Positions 33,557 to 43,897 of a stretch of DNA of 64,000 nt are shown here, in pieces. Below the pieces are notes generated by a model. That model did no database searches. It saw only the letters and a list, made by a program, of their open reading frames with translations, and was not told where the DNA came from. The stretch comes from Histomonas meleagridis 2922-C6/04-290x (Eukaryota > Protista > Parabasalia): the NCBI GenBank assembly GCA_020184695.1, contig JAANOX010000019.1, forward strand, positions 1 through 64,000, read 5' to 3'. Numbering within the stretch: the first letter of the stretch is position 1; each line of letters opens with the position of its first letter. The translations under genes and the position numbers were made by a program.

Positions 33557-34465
33557 ATGGCCGAAAACAACAATGAGACAGCAAATAATGACGCAAACAT
33601 AACAATTAAAGTCAAATGGAATGGGTGTACAAACCCAGCAGAAGTTTCAGTGTCAAAAGATATAACAGGGGAAGCTCTTAAAGATATTGTTACAGATTTA
33701 ACTACAATTCCTATATCAAAATTAAAAGTTCTTGTTAAGGGTTCTGTTCTAAAACCAAAAGATAAACTCTCTAGCATATCTGATGTTAAAGATGGTACCG
33801 CTGTTTATCTTGTTGAATCATTTGATCTTCCACCATTCGAAGAAGAGGAAGAAGAGGAAGAAATCGAAGACCCAAAAGACAAAAATGGTGAAGAAGAAAA
33901 AGAATTTGTTCCAGAACCAGAAGTTGAACTTCCTGAAGATCCTAATTTTACTGATGTTGAAAATTTCCAACGAATGGTTTTAAACATGCAAAAGCTCATC
34001 AGTAGGTTTGGTGTAGCTTCTGCAAATCTTCAATACAATATGGATAATGTAGAAGTTGCTCCGGCAAACAAAGCCCTCAAGCAATATATTGAGTTATGGG
34101 AAAAAGAAGGGCATAAATTTGAAGAATACAGAAACAAACTTCTTGAGTTTCAAAGCAAAGCATATTCTACATTCAAGTCTGATCCAGCACAAAATCAAAC
34201 AAAAGAGAACGATAAGCCGGAAGACGTTAACAACGATACAACGGTTATCGATACGCCGATACCGGAACAAAATGAACCTACAGAAAATAATGTTACTGAA
34301 GAGACAAGACAAATAGAAGAAATTCCTGAAACATGTCTAACTGAAGAAGAGCTTAGACTAGTTGAAGAAGACAAAACAATCATTGCAAACCTTCAAAACA
34401 AACCTTTGTTTGGAATTGATTATGAAATAGGTCGCACAAATAAGCATTATTACTTCTTGAGATAA
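33557..34465 (+). CDS. N-terminal ubiquitin-like domain protein, possibly BAG6-like
   Basis: UBL fold (ITIKVKW...LKDIV...IP...KVLVKGSVL...KDGTAVYLV), acidic linker and helical region. C-terminal D...Q..PL...Y..G loosely resembles the BAG6 C-terminus. Confidence 0.55.
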   Translation: MAENNNETANNDANITIKVKWNGCTNPAEVSVSKDITGEALKDIVTDLTTIPISKLKVLVKGSVLKPKDKLSSISDVKDGTAVYLVESFDLPPFEEEEEEEEIEDPKDKNGEEEKEFVPEPEVELPEDPNFTDVENFQRMVLNMQKLISRFGVASANLQYNMDNVEVAPANKALKQYIELWEKEGHKFEEYRNKLLEFQSKAYSTFKSDPAQNQTKENDKPEDVNNDTTVIDTPIPEQNEPTENNVTEETRQIEEIPETCLTEEELRLVEEDKTIIANLQNKPLFGIDYEIGRTNKHYYFLR

Positions 34466-34540
34466 AGAGATTTAAATAAAATATATTTAATTTCATTAAT
34501 TTTAGTGATTTAATGAATCATTTTTTTGTTTTGTTTAAAG

Positions 34541-34800
34541 TAATCATTTACTAAATAATTTATTTACAATTTTATTTTCATATCCACCAATTGATTTAAT
34601 TGTTTTGCTTAAAGTAAACTTTCAAAAAGATTTTAATCATTTACTAAATAATTTATTTACAATTTTATTTTCATATCCACCAATTGATTTAATTGTTTTG
34701 CTTAAAGTAAAATTTCAAAATGATTTTAATCATTTACTAATCTAAAAACATGAAAACATTTGTCTATTTACAATTTCATTTTCATATCCACCAATTGATT
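34541..34800. repeat. 93-bp tandem repeat, about 2.7 copies, between convergent genes
   Basis: TAATCATTTACTAA recurs at 34541, 34634 and 34727. TTTTCATATCCACCAATTGATTT occurs three times. Confidence 0.85.
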
Positions 34801-34853
34801 TATTCGTTATTCCTCCTTAAACTGCATTAAAAAAAATACATAAAATACAAAAC

Positions 34854-36068
34854 TCATTGTTTACTTCTGTAAAACACGAACCTGCTTGACGATGTATTCT
34901 TTGGCACCAATATGTCGACTCTCCTTGCTATCTCCTGTGCTATTTGATCAATTTCGTTCAATTGCCTTCTCATTTGTTGCTGCTGCACCTGTGTAATATT
35001 TAACATGTTTGCCTGTGACGTTACTTTACCTTTTAATTGGGATATTATCTCTGACTGCTTATCCTGCAATCCTATCATTTCCTCGAGCATTTTGTTCATT
35101 TGATGCTGTTCGTGCACAATATTAGTAAACAAAATCGATGGCCTTGTTTTTGTTTGTGATTCTCCTGCTTCTTTCTTTTGTAACAATTGCGCTATGTCGC
35201 CTCTATCATCAGCTTCTGCGATATCTTCTGGAGTTTTCCCAAGTTGATTTTTAAGTTTCGTATCTGCACCTGCTTGTAATAATAACGCAGCGATGTTCCG
35301 CCGATTATGTAAACAAGCATAATGTAATGGTGTATCTCCACCTTTGTCTTGAATGTTTACATTAGCTTTTTTATCTAATAACATCTTGGAACTGTTCTCA
35401 TTGCCAAACCAACATGCACAATGAAGAGCTGTTTTACCAGAAAAATCAACTTGGTCTATGTTTATGTTGGTGGCTAGTAAAAGTTTTATAATATCTAAAT
35501 ACCCAAACCAGCAAGCAAGATGAAGTGGAGTACGTTAAAAAATAAACGGATACCAAATGATGCAAAAAAACTGCAATGTCAGTGGTGGTGAAATTAACGC
35601 CGGCTTTTAGAAGAAGAGAGACACAGTTGGTACGACCATTTCGAGTGGCTATAAGAAGCGGACTTGTATCACGTGATATTATTTGTTTGCCCATTGGAGT
35701 ATCAAGAAGATATGACAATATTTGTGAGTGATCAGATATTGCTGCCCAATGAATTGCTGTATAAAATAGAAAAAATAAATTCCAAAAGAAAATAAAAAAC
35801 AGCAAAAAAAGAAAATAAATACTATCAGTTACTTCAATTTTGGCTCCGTTAATGCATAAGTACTTGAGAACATCAAGGGATCCACACGCTGCTGCAATGC
35901 ATATTATTGGAACATGGTTCCGTACATATTGATTAATCTTAAGTGAAAAAAATAAAGAAACGTATCAACCGTCGCATTAGGACTGATTTTTGATGGAACT
36001 ATTAGCTGTATTTTTGATTCTAAGTTTCGCTGACATGCGATTATAACTTGCTTTAGGTTTTCGTTCAT
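34854..36068 (-). CDS. Ankyrin-repeat protein with C-terminal coiled coil, interrupted by six 17-nt modules
   Basis: ATG at 36068 (MNENLKQVIIAC). Modules at about 35960-35944, 35820-35804, 35800-35784, 35780-35764, 35571-35555 and 35551-35535. 1215-102=1113 nt, i.e. 370 aa and a stop, with no other lesion. Confidence 0.82.
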
Positions 36069-36932
36069 TTATTTGGTTATTGTGAAAAAATATACTTGAC
36101 AATAAAAATTCAGTAAATTTTATTATGTCAATAAATTCTTCAATTTAGGCAAGTCATTAAAATCACTTCTATACAATGGACATTTTCCAAATAAAAAGCA
36201 ATTCGGAAATAGACCAATCCATTACTAGAAAAATGTTAATGAACCCAAATAAATTAATTAACATCTATTAATATCTCAAAAAATGTAGAATCTGATTCAA
36301 AGCTTTCATGAATCATTAAATTTCAACTATAAAAAGTTTAGGATATAAATCAGGTGTTGAATCATTACAATTTCACTTGAAAAGAAGTATACTTACCTGA
36401 GAAATCTCGTAAACCATTAAAGAAGTTATACTACTTCACATTAACTCTCTATAGAATTCTATTTATAAATACAAAAATTGTTCTTAAAATGAAAGAAGAA
36501 AAATAAGCATGCAGAAAGGTGAAAATAAATTTCTTTTAAAAATTTATTTTTCTTATTGTTGTAATTAACGTAATAGCATGCTCTTCATGTATTTTGTGTG
36601 GGTGTGGGTGTTGATACCTTAATGGTTTATAAAAATAAGAACATTATGAAATTTTATCAATTAAGACTGTTATTATGTATCTGGCCATCTAACTATTCAA
36701 AATTTGAATACTCGCCTCACTTTTATTTCAAATTTTTCTATGTTGGCACTTTTTGACTGATGCAATTAGACGTCATTTTTGACATAACCGTCTGGCTAGA
36801 TGGGTTTTTTGATAAGAGCTATGATCAATTTCCCAGAAGCCAATTTCCCCTGTCAAACCCATTGAAACAATTCAATGGACGTTCACTCAACGTCCATTCA
36901 ATTATTTTTATAGAGTTTTTTCTTCATTTTCC

Positions 36933-38564
36933 ATGTTCAAATTCTACGTTATTCGTGGTTCTAACTTACCTCCAGCTGATCCTAATGGTAAATCTGATCC
37001 ATATTGTGTTCTTACAGCATATGCTGCTGATGGACCATACAAACTTGGAAAAACTAAAATCAAAAAGAAGACATTAAATCCAGTTTGGGATGAAAAACGT
37101 GAGAAACCATTTTATCTCTATACTCCCCTTATAAAAAAGCTTGAAATTCTTGTTTATGATCATGATCTTATTGGCAAAGATGATTATCTTGGAAAAGTTG
37201 AAATAGATTTCTTTAAGCAAATACCAACTTTTGATCAGATCATCAAAATTCCACTTGTTACTGATCTTAAAACGAAAGGGAATCCATCCATTGAAATTGT
37301 AATATCACGTGAATTCAAATTTGAAAGTGAAGATAATTGCGATCCTATATTATACCATCGTTCAGCCATCTATCTTGAATATGATCCGCCAATTCCAAAG
37401 CAGCAACAAGATGTTTCCAGTTTAGGTGCAGCTGTATTCGATATGTTTGATGGTGGCTGTTGTCGATTACTTCCCAAAATTGAAAATGGTGATGATCGCG
37501 GATGTAAAGTTTATATATATCCGTGGGCATTAACTGATTCTGGCTGTACCCAAATACTTACTTTAAATCCATTCGAACTGGAAAGACATTATCCTACATC
37601 TGAACATTTATTTTATGTTCCGTTAATCTTAATGAATCTTAATTATACAGGAAAAGTTAAATTAACATGCATTGGACTTAACAAAGAAAATAAGAAGCCG
37701 CCAATTCTTCATTTCCAACAATTATTTGAATTTAAAGGTAGTGATTTAATTAATTGTCCACGAGTTATTCGATATTCAGATAACAAAGATTATGTTAAAA
37801 TTAACATTAAACCAAATAATTGTCTTAATCATTTTTCACTTGATAGATGTATTTCATTAACTTCAGTTCCAAACAAGAATATGCATAATTATTTATTAAG
37901 TGTTAAGTCATTAGTTGTTAATGAAAATGTAACGGATGAAAAAATATTTCATCGTATTAATTTAAATGTTGACGATCCATTTCCAATTCAAGTTGCACTT
38001 AAATATTTCCAACGACCATTACCTGATACAATACATATTTTTGCAGAACATCAATTATTAACTACGGCTGGTTTCCAATTTGATATAGGATTTATTGCAT
38101 ATGATATCAATTTTAATCACATCGATTTTATTTATCCACAAAAGCCATCGATGTTCAATGATGCAGTAAAACTTGCTATTGATGAAAATGGAAGGTATAA
38201 TGAATTTGGTAGAGAGATATATTCTATTATCAAACTTAATCAATTGCCTCCAGAAGTATTTTGTTTATCATTCGGAGTTTCGGAAAATACAAACAAGAAA
38301 TTTAATACGAAATTGGGCGCATTTTTTAGAGTTTATGATGCAAAAGATGATTTGGAATTAATGGGCTTCACTGGAAGGAAAAAAGGGTTCCATTCTTGTG
38401 TTTGGATATTTTCCATATTTAGATGTAATGGTGATTGGGCAATAGTACCAACAATGCGTACTTACAGTGGTAAAGGCTTAGTAGGTGGAATTATTGCTCT
38501 GAATCAAAGTATCAAAGAAGACATGAAAAAAGAGAGATACTTTGATCGAATTTTAAAACAATAA
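36933..38564 (+). CDS. C2 domain protein with a C-terminal TerD-like domain
   Basis: C2: RGSNLPPADPNGKSDPY...KTLNPVWDE...VYDHDLIGKDDYLG. TerD-like: IKLNQLPPEV...RVYD...SIFRCNGDW. Confidence 0.8.
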   Translation: MFKFYVIRGSNLPPADPNGKSDPYCVLTAYAADGPYKLGKTKIKKKTLNPVWDEKREKPFYLYTPLIKKLEILVYDHDLIGKDDYLGKVEIDFFKQIPTFDQIIKIPLVTDLKTKGNPSIEIVISREFKFESEDNCDPILYHRSAIYLEYDPPIPKQQQDVSSLGAAVFDMFDGGCCRLLPKIENGDDRGCKVYIYPWALTDSGCTQILTLNPFELERHYPTSEHLFYVPLILMNLNYTGKVKLTCIGLNKENKKPPILHFQQLFEFKGSDLINCPRVIRYSDNKDYVKINIKPNNCLNHFSLDRCISLTSVPNKNMHNYLLSVKSLVVNENVTDEKIFHRINLNVDDPFPIQVALKYFQRPLPDTIHIFAEHQLLTTAGFQFDIGFIAYDINFNHIDFIYPQKPSMFNDAVKLAIDENGRYNEFGREIYSIIKLNQLPPEVFCLSFGVSENTNKKFNTKLGAFFRVYDAKDDLELMGFTGRKKGFHSCVWIFSIFRCNGDWAIVPTMRTYSGKGLVGGIIALNQSIKEDMKKERYFDRILKQ

Positions 38565-39962
38565 AAAGTCAATGAAAAGAGTTTTTGGTAATATTATATT
38601 ATATAGGAACGTTTCATATCAATAAAATTTAACTGTAAGCAATTAGAAAAAAAAAATTAAAATTTAATAATGGTTCTTTCAAAATAATAAATCATTTGTA
38701 TATAAAGTTGAAGCGAAAAGTTCAAAAATTTTTTTTTCGGTAAAATTGGTTTCAAACCAAGAAATAGCAATCGTGATAACACATAATGTATCTATGATAA
38801 CATATTTGATCATAAGAAAATTAAAATACAATCTTAAAAATCGTCTGAAAAAATCTGTTTTTTGATATTATAGAAATTTTGATGGAAGTTTTTATCTACT
38901 AATCAGATTTTAATTTCGATAATTACAGCTGTTTCAAATCTATTTTGATTTTTCGACATGATTTCTATACTTCACGTTGATTTTTGTGTGTTTCACTCGA
39001 GATGTCGCACCAAAAAAAATTCTTTTACGGTCACTTTTTAAATAATATCAAAAGTACACAATTTTGACATGGACACACAAAAGTTGAATGAACATTCAAT
39101 TTAAACTTTATTTTCATAGAAAGTTGGTTGTTTTTTGTCGTTTTCTTTTAAATTCATTCAAATGTCAAGTCCTCACTTGTGAGCAAGTAAATGAGATCTT
39201 TTCATGTCACCTAATGCTTCATGTGTGTGCCTCGGCATACAAAATAATTTCGATGGAAACTCACATGTCACATCGAAAAACAGTTGTTACACACATTTCT
39301 AATGAAAAATTAAAGGTCTTTCGTTACAACCAAACCAGATTTATATCGGAAACGCATATACCAAATCGATGAAATATAATACATATCCTCAATCAATGAT
39401 AACATTAATTCACATTGGCATGTTCATCCTCCTCATAGATTTCAGCAAACATGTTTTTAGATCAAATAAATATTATTTTTATTCTCTTACTGAGAATAAA
39501 ACAATGAACAAGCATATGCATAACAAAAGCATTCATTACATGCCAAGTAACAATAAAGAACTCATAAAAAGTAAAATATTTTTACAAAAAATTCAAACAG
39601 CAAACAACATAAATCATTTACTGCAATGCGTTTCACTCAATAATTCTCTAAATAACATTAGAATAGGTTTTAAGCATTTCGTTTCTTCAAATCTAATAAT
39701 TTCGTATTTTTATTCCAAAATAACTGCAATCTTTCATATCCTGCATAATATATATCATTTTAATGATAGTTCTCAATGTAATTCATCAATGAATTGCAGC
39801 AATAATATTCTTAAAAATCTACCAAAAATTAATGCATTAATTACTTCTATATATTCAAATATAACTTTGTTCGAATTTATATTTTTTGTTTTTACTTTCT
39901 TTTCCAAAATTTATTTTAATCAAAAAAGCATTCATCAAAAAAACGAAGTTATTCTGATTTTA

Positions 39963-41530
39963 ATGATTATATTTTTTGTTAATACAAAGCAATCATATGA
40001 CGAAGAGACAAAAACACTCACAATATCTGATTTCATTGATTATTCAAAAGATTATATGAATTATACAGAACGCGTTATAATTATTGATGTTGGCGAGATT
40101 GAAAGTAATGCATTCAGAGAATGGCCTTTATTGACAACAGTAATAATTGGAGAAACAGTTGGAAATATCGGTAATAGAGCATTTGCATCATGTACAAAAT
40201 TAAAATATGTGCAATTTCCAGATAAATTAATGGGTGGAATTGGAGGTGGTGCATTTGCAGAATGTATTTCATTAAATAATATTACAATTCGTTGTAATAC
40301 CATTGGTGATAATGCATTTTATAAATGTACAGGACTTGAAACGATAACTTTAGAAGTAGGCGTCCGAAATATTGGATCTGATGCATTCAGAGGATGTACA
40401 AACCTTGTGAATATTTATATACCAAGTTCTGTTACTTCAATTGGAAATGCATTTTTAGAATGTACAAATCTTCAATTTATTAATGTCTCAGAAGAAAATT
40501 TTAAATATTCGAATTATGAAAATGATGGGGTTTTATATAATAAGAAATTACACAAATTATTAGTTATCCAAATATGAAAAGTAAAACATTTACAATTCCT
40601 AATTCAGTCATTTCTATTATGAATTATTCTTTTGCAAGTTGTAATAATTTAGAAAGAATTTTTATTGATGAAAATGTTCAATATATTAATTCATTTGCAT
40701 TTTTTAATTGTACATCACTTCAATGTATTTATTTTAATGGAGAAATTTCACCAGAAATACAAAATGATGCATTTGTTAATATAAATGCGACAAGAGTTAT
40801 GACAATAGAAACATATCAAAATGAAACATTTGGAAATATGGAAATTACAAAGGGAACAACACTTGACGAATGTCTCCCGCCAACACGCACATTCACATTC
40901 ACACAAAGTGATACATTCACTAACTCAAATACATTTACTAACATAAATACATTTGCTAATTCAAACACATTTACGAAATCAAAAAATAATTTTGATTCAA
41001 ATACTTATGTTAATACATTTTCGCTGAATTTTACTTTTGTTAATACTATTACTTAAACTTATTCTTTATCGTTTATAAAAACTTTATCAAATTATTATAC
41101 TTTCTTAAAATCTTATTCAGTTACTTTTATTGAATCTGAAACTAAATATATTTATGTCGATTTCATATATTATAATTATACAATTATATATTATCCGGAA
41201 TATTTTACGTATTATTCAAATTTCTTTTATATTTCTTATATCGAAGATGTAATAATAAACACTAATGATAATAATACATTAATTATCATTATAATTGTTA
41301 TTGTAATTGTAATAATTATTGTATTTGTAATGATAATTATAATTTTTATGATTAAATATCAAAATAAGAAGCGGAAACAAAATGAAGAAGAAATGAATAT
41401 TTCAGATGAAAATAATAATAAAATTAATGAAATCGATAATACATTTTCAGTTGGGATTAATAATTCAAATATTGAAGAAGATCCATTTGCAGACGATTTC
41501 AAAGAAGAAAAATTTATCAGTCAGATATAA
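39963..41530 (+). pseudogene. BspA-like (TpLRR) surface protein with TM helix and acidic tail, disrupted by a 1-nt deletion (~40542) and an in-frame TAA (41054-41056)
   Basis: IGNRAFASCTKL, IGSDAFRGCTNL and IPSSVTSIG repeats. T/S-rich stalk, poly-I/V TM segment, and tail EEDPFADDFKEE. Confidence 0.8.
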
Positions 41531-43026
41531 ATAAACATATTTTAAGAACAAAATATTTTAATTTGTTTATTAATTTAATAAATACAAACTTTTGTGTTAT
41601 TTAGAAAATTTTATGTTTCTTCTATTAGATGATTATTATCGTAAATCCAATTTACCCAAATCATAAACACTAAAAGTAAATGATAAATTATATTAAAGAA
41701 AAAATTGGAAATTTAGAGATATTATGGTAAAAATGCACTATTTTTTAAAAAATCAAAAGAAAGATATTCAATTTCAAATAAGTATTTGTCTTGAGTTGTT
41801 CTGCTTTTATCTGTGTTAAATTAAGTTTGAACAAAAAGTAAATAACAAATATTTCGTTAATTCATTGTATATAATTAACATATTTATGAAGTTCAAAATC
41901 ATTATGTAAAAGTTTATCATAATTTTCTTGTTGTTTTCCTAAAATGATGAGCGTTCATCAATCAAACAAAGTATAAAATAAAAAGTTTTTTTTTAGTATA
42001 GACCATGGTCAGCTGGATGTATGAAAGCTTACAATTTTACGTGAAAAATGAAAAAAGTTGTATGCATCCACCGCTACCTAATAGAACTTTTTGAACCCAT
42101 ATTTCTTCAATGATAAAAAGTTGATTTTTTCATTTGCTATTAGTATTCATTAATGGTCTTAATTACTTTCAATTTTCTTGATAGTTAACAAGAGTTTGTC
42201 AACAGGAAAATTCATGATCAAAAAAATATCTATAAAAATTTATTTACTAAAACATGATGTTTATTTTGCAAAACATAAAAAAATCATTATAATATTACTA
42301 TAGTCAAAATATGTGATTGGATGATCAACCTCCTTCTTTTCATCTCTTTGTTATAGTTTCATTTCTTCGGAGGTAACGATAGATGATGCAAAAGTGAATT
42401 TCCACTTTTTCAGTAAAAACTTCCTCGATAGACATTTTTCAAAACAGCTTTTTCAGAAGAATTACTTTCATAAACATGTTAAAAAAACAAAACAATATTT
42501 AATTTCTACAAATTTTCTAATTAAATTTTGCAAGTAGTTCTCTATAATTTGTTGTAACTCTTGATAGTTCCTCCAACAAATCATTTTGCCTTGCGTTTTG
42601 CTCGGCCAATTCCTTATTCATTGTCTTAATTTTACTCTCCAACAATTTCGATATGACTTTTTCAGATGCTTCACCCAAAAGCAGTTTTTTGATGGTGATG
42701 AATAGAAGAGTGGTTCCAACTCTTGTAGATGTCTATTCAGAAAATTTGTAATTACTTTTTCAAGTATATACACTTAAAATATAAATAAAATTTGATAGTA
42801 AAAATTATTTGGCTAGATTCGGGTTATATGAGTATATGACTATTATTTATATAAATTGAATATTTCGAAATTATGAAATAATTTTTTGATTATTTATACA
42901 TATTGATATGCACTATAACATTGCTAAGTATACTATTAGGTTTATTTCAAAATAAATATTATTGATTTTGAGAAAAAGTACATTTATTATAGAAATTTAC
43001 ATGACAAAAGATCATCAAGACTCTAG

Positions 43027-43367
43027 AAATTCACCCTTTTTTTCTCTCAAAAATTTTATATAAGCATTTATATATACTAAATTTAATTAATTTGAAATAT
43101 TTAAAGATTTCTTCTGCTGAATTTCGAGAAAAAGTAGTGTTTTGCACGACGGTTTAAAAACCGCGATTTATCATTCAAATATAATACGGTTATAATCTTT
43201 TTGGATGGAAAATAATCGTCGGTGGAAGAAAATATGTTATACATGCATATTCTAACAACTTTTTCTCAAAACTCAGCAGAAGAATCTCAATAAAACTTTG
43301 ATATCATTTCAACCAAATCATTATCATAGTCATATTTGAAAATAAAGAAGAAAAAAAGGGTCAATTT
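43027..43367. mobile_element. Degenerate foldback/MITE-like element with imperfect ~105-bp inverted arms
   Basis: AAATTCACCCTTTTTT (43027) pairs with AAAAAAAGGGTCAATTT (ending 43367). AGATTTCTTCTGCTGAATTTCGAGAAAA (43105-43132) pairs with TTTTCTCAAAACTCAGCAGAAGAATCT (43261-43287), at symmetric spacing. Confidence 0.5.
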
Positions 43368-43497
43368 TTTTTATACTCGATTTAAATATTGCGTATTTCA
43401 ATAAAATTGCATCTTTTGGTGTACTAAGAATAAAAGCAAGAATTCATGTTCTATATGTAAATTTATCAATGATACTAAAAGGGTTAACTTTGTTAGG

Positions 43498-43749
43498 TTG
43501 CTCAAAAGCGAATTCGTAAAAACTGTAATCAGACACAGGATAACTGATTTTGGGGAAATTACACATCTTGATGGCACTTTTAATAAAAATTCAAATGGTT
43601 CAAAATACTCAATTGAAAGGTTTATTATTTACTTAATTGTGAAAGATCCACTTTTTGAAGCCTTCAACACTAACGAAATTAGGAATTTCTGGAAAGAAAA
43701 CATAATAAAAATAATGGAGCTGTATGCAGCACGCAGTACATTACGTTGA
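43498..43749 (+). pseudogene. Possible Mutator-like transposase fragment
   Basis: Only the short motif THLDGTFN resembles the first MULE catalytic Asp context. No ATG; lies in a TE-rich stretch. Confidence 0.25.
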
Positions 43750-43897
43750 ACCCATTTTCTCAATCTCATATATGAGATAGACATAAAATAGATCAATCTA
43801 GAAGAAAATATTTTGCATGGACAAAGAAAGAAGATAAAAAACTCAAAGATCTAAGCTGTGGTTTTGGCGTTGATCTCAATAAATAAATAAATGAAAT

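Noticed and set aside
39088-39962. Long N-terminal extension of ORF 39369 and ORF 39088
   Set aside because: Low-complexity AT-rich translation with no domain signal. The BspA-like sequence starts at about ATG 39963.
40528-40577. BspA frameshift as a 17-nt module (gttttatataataagaa after a Gly codon)
   Set aside because: That segment encodes the conserved VLYNK of the BspA repeat. A single missing A explains the shift without deleting conserved residues.
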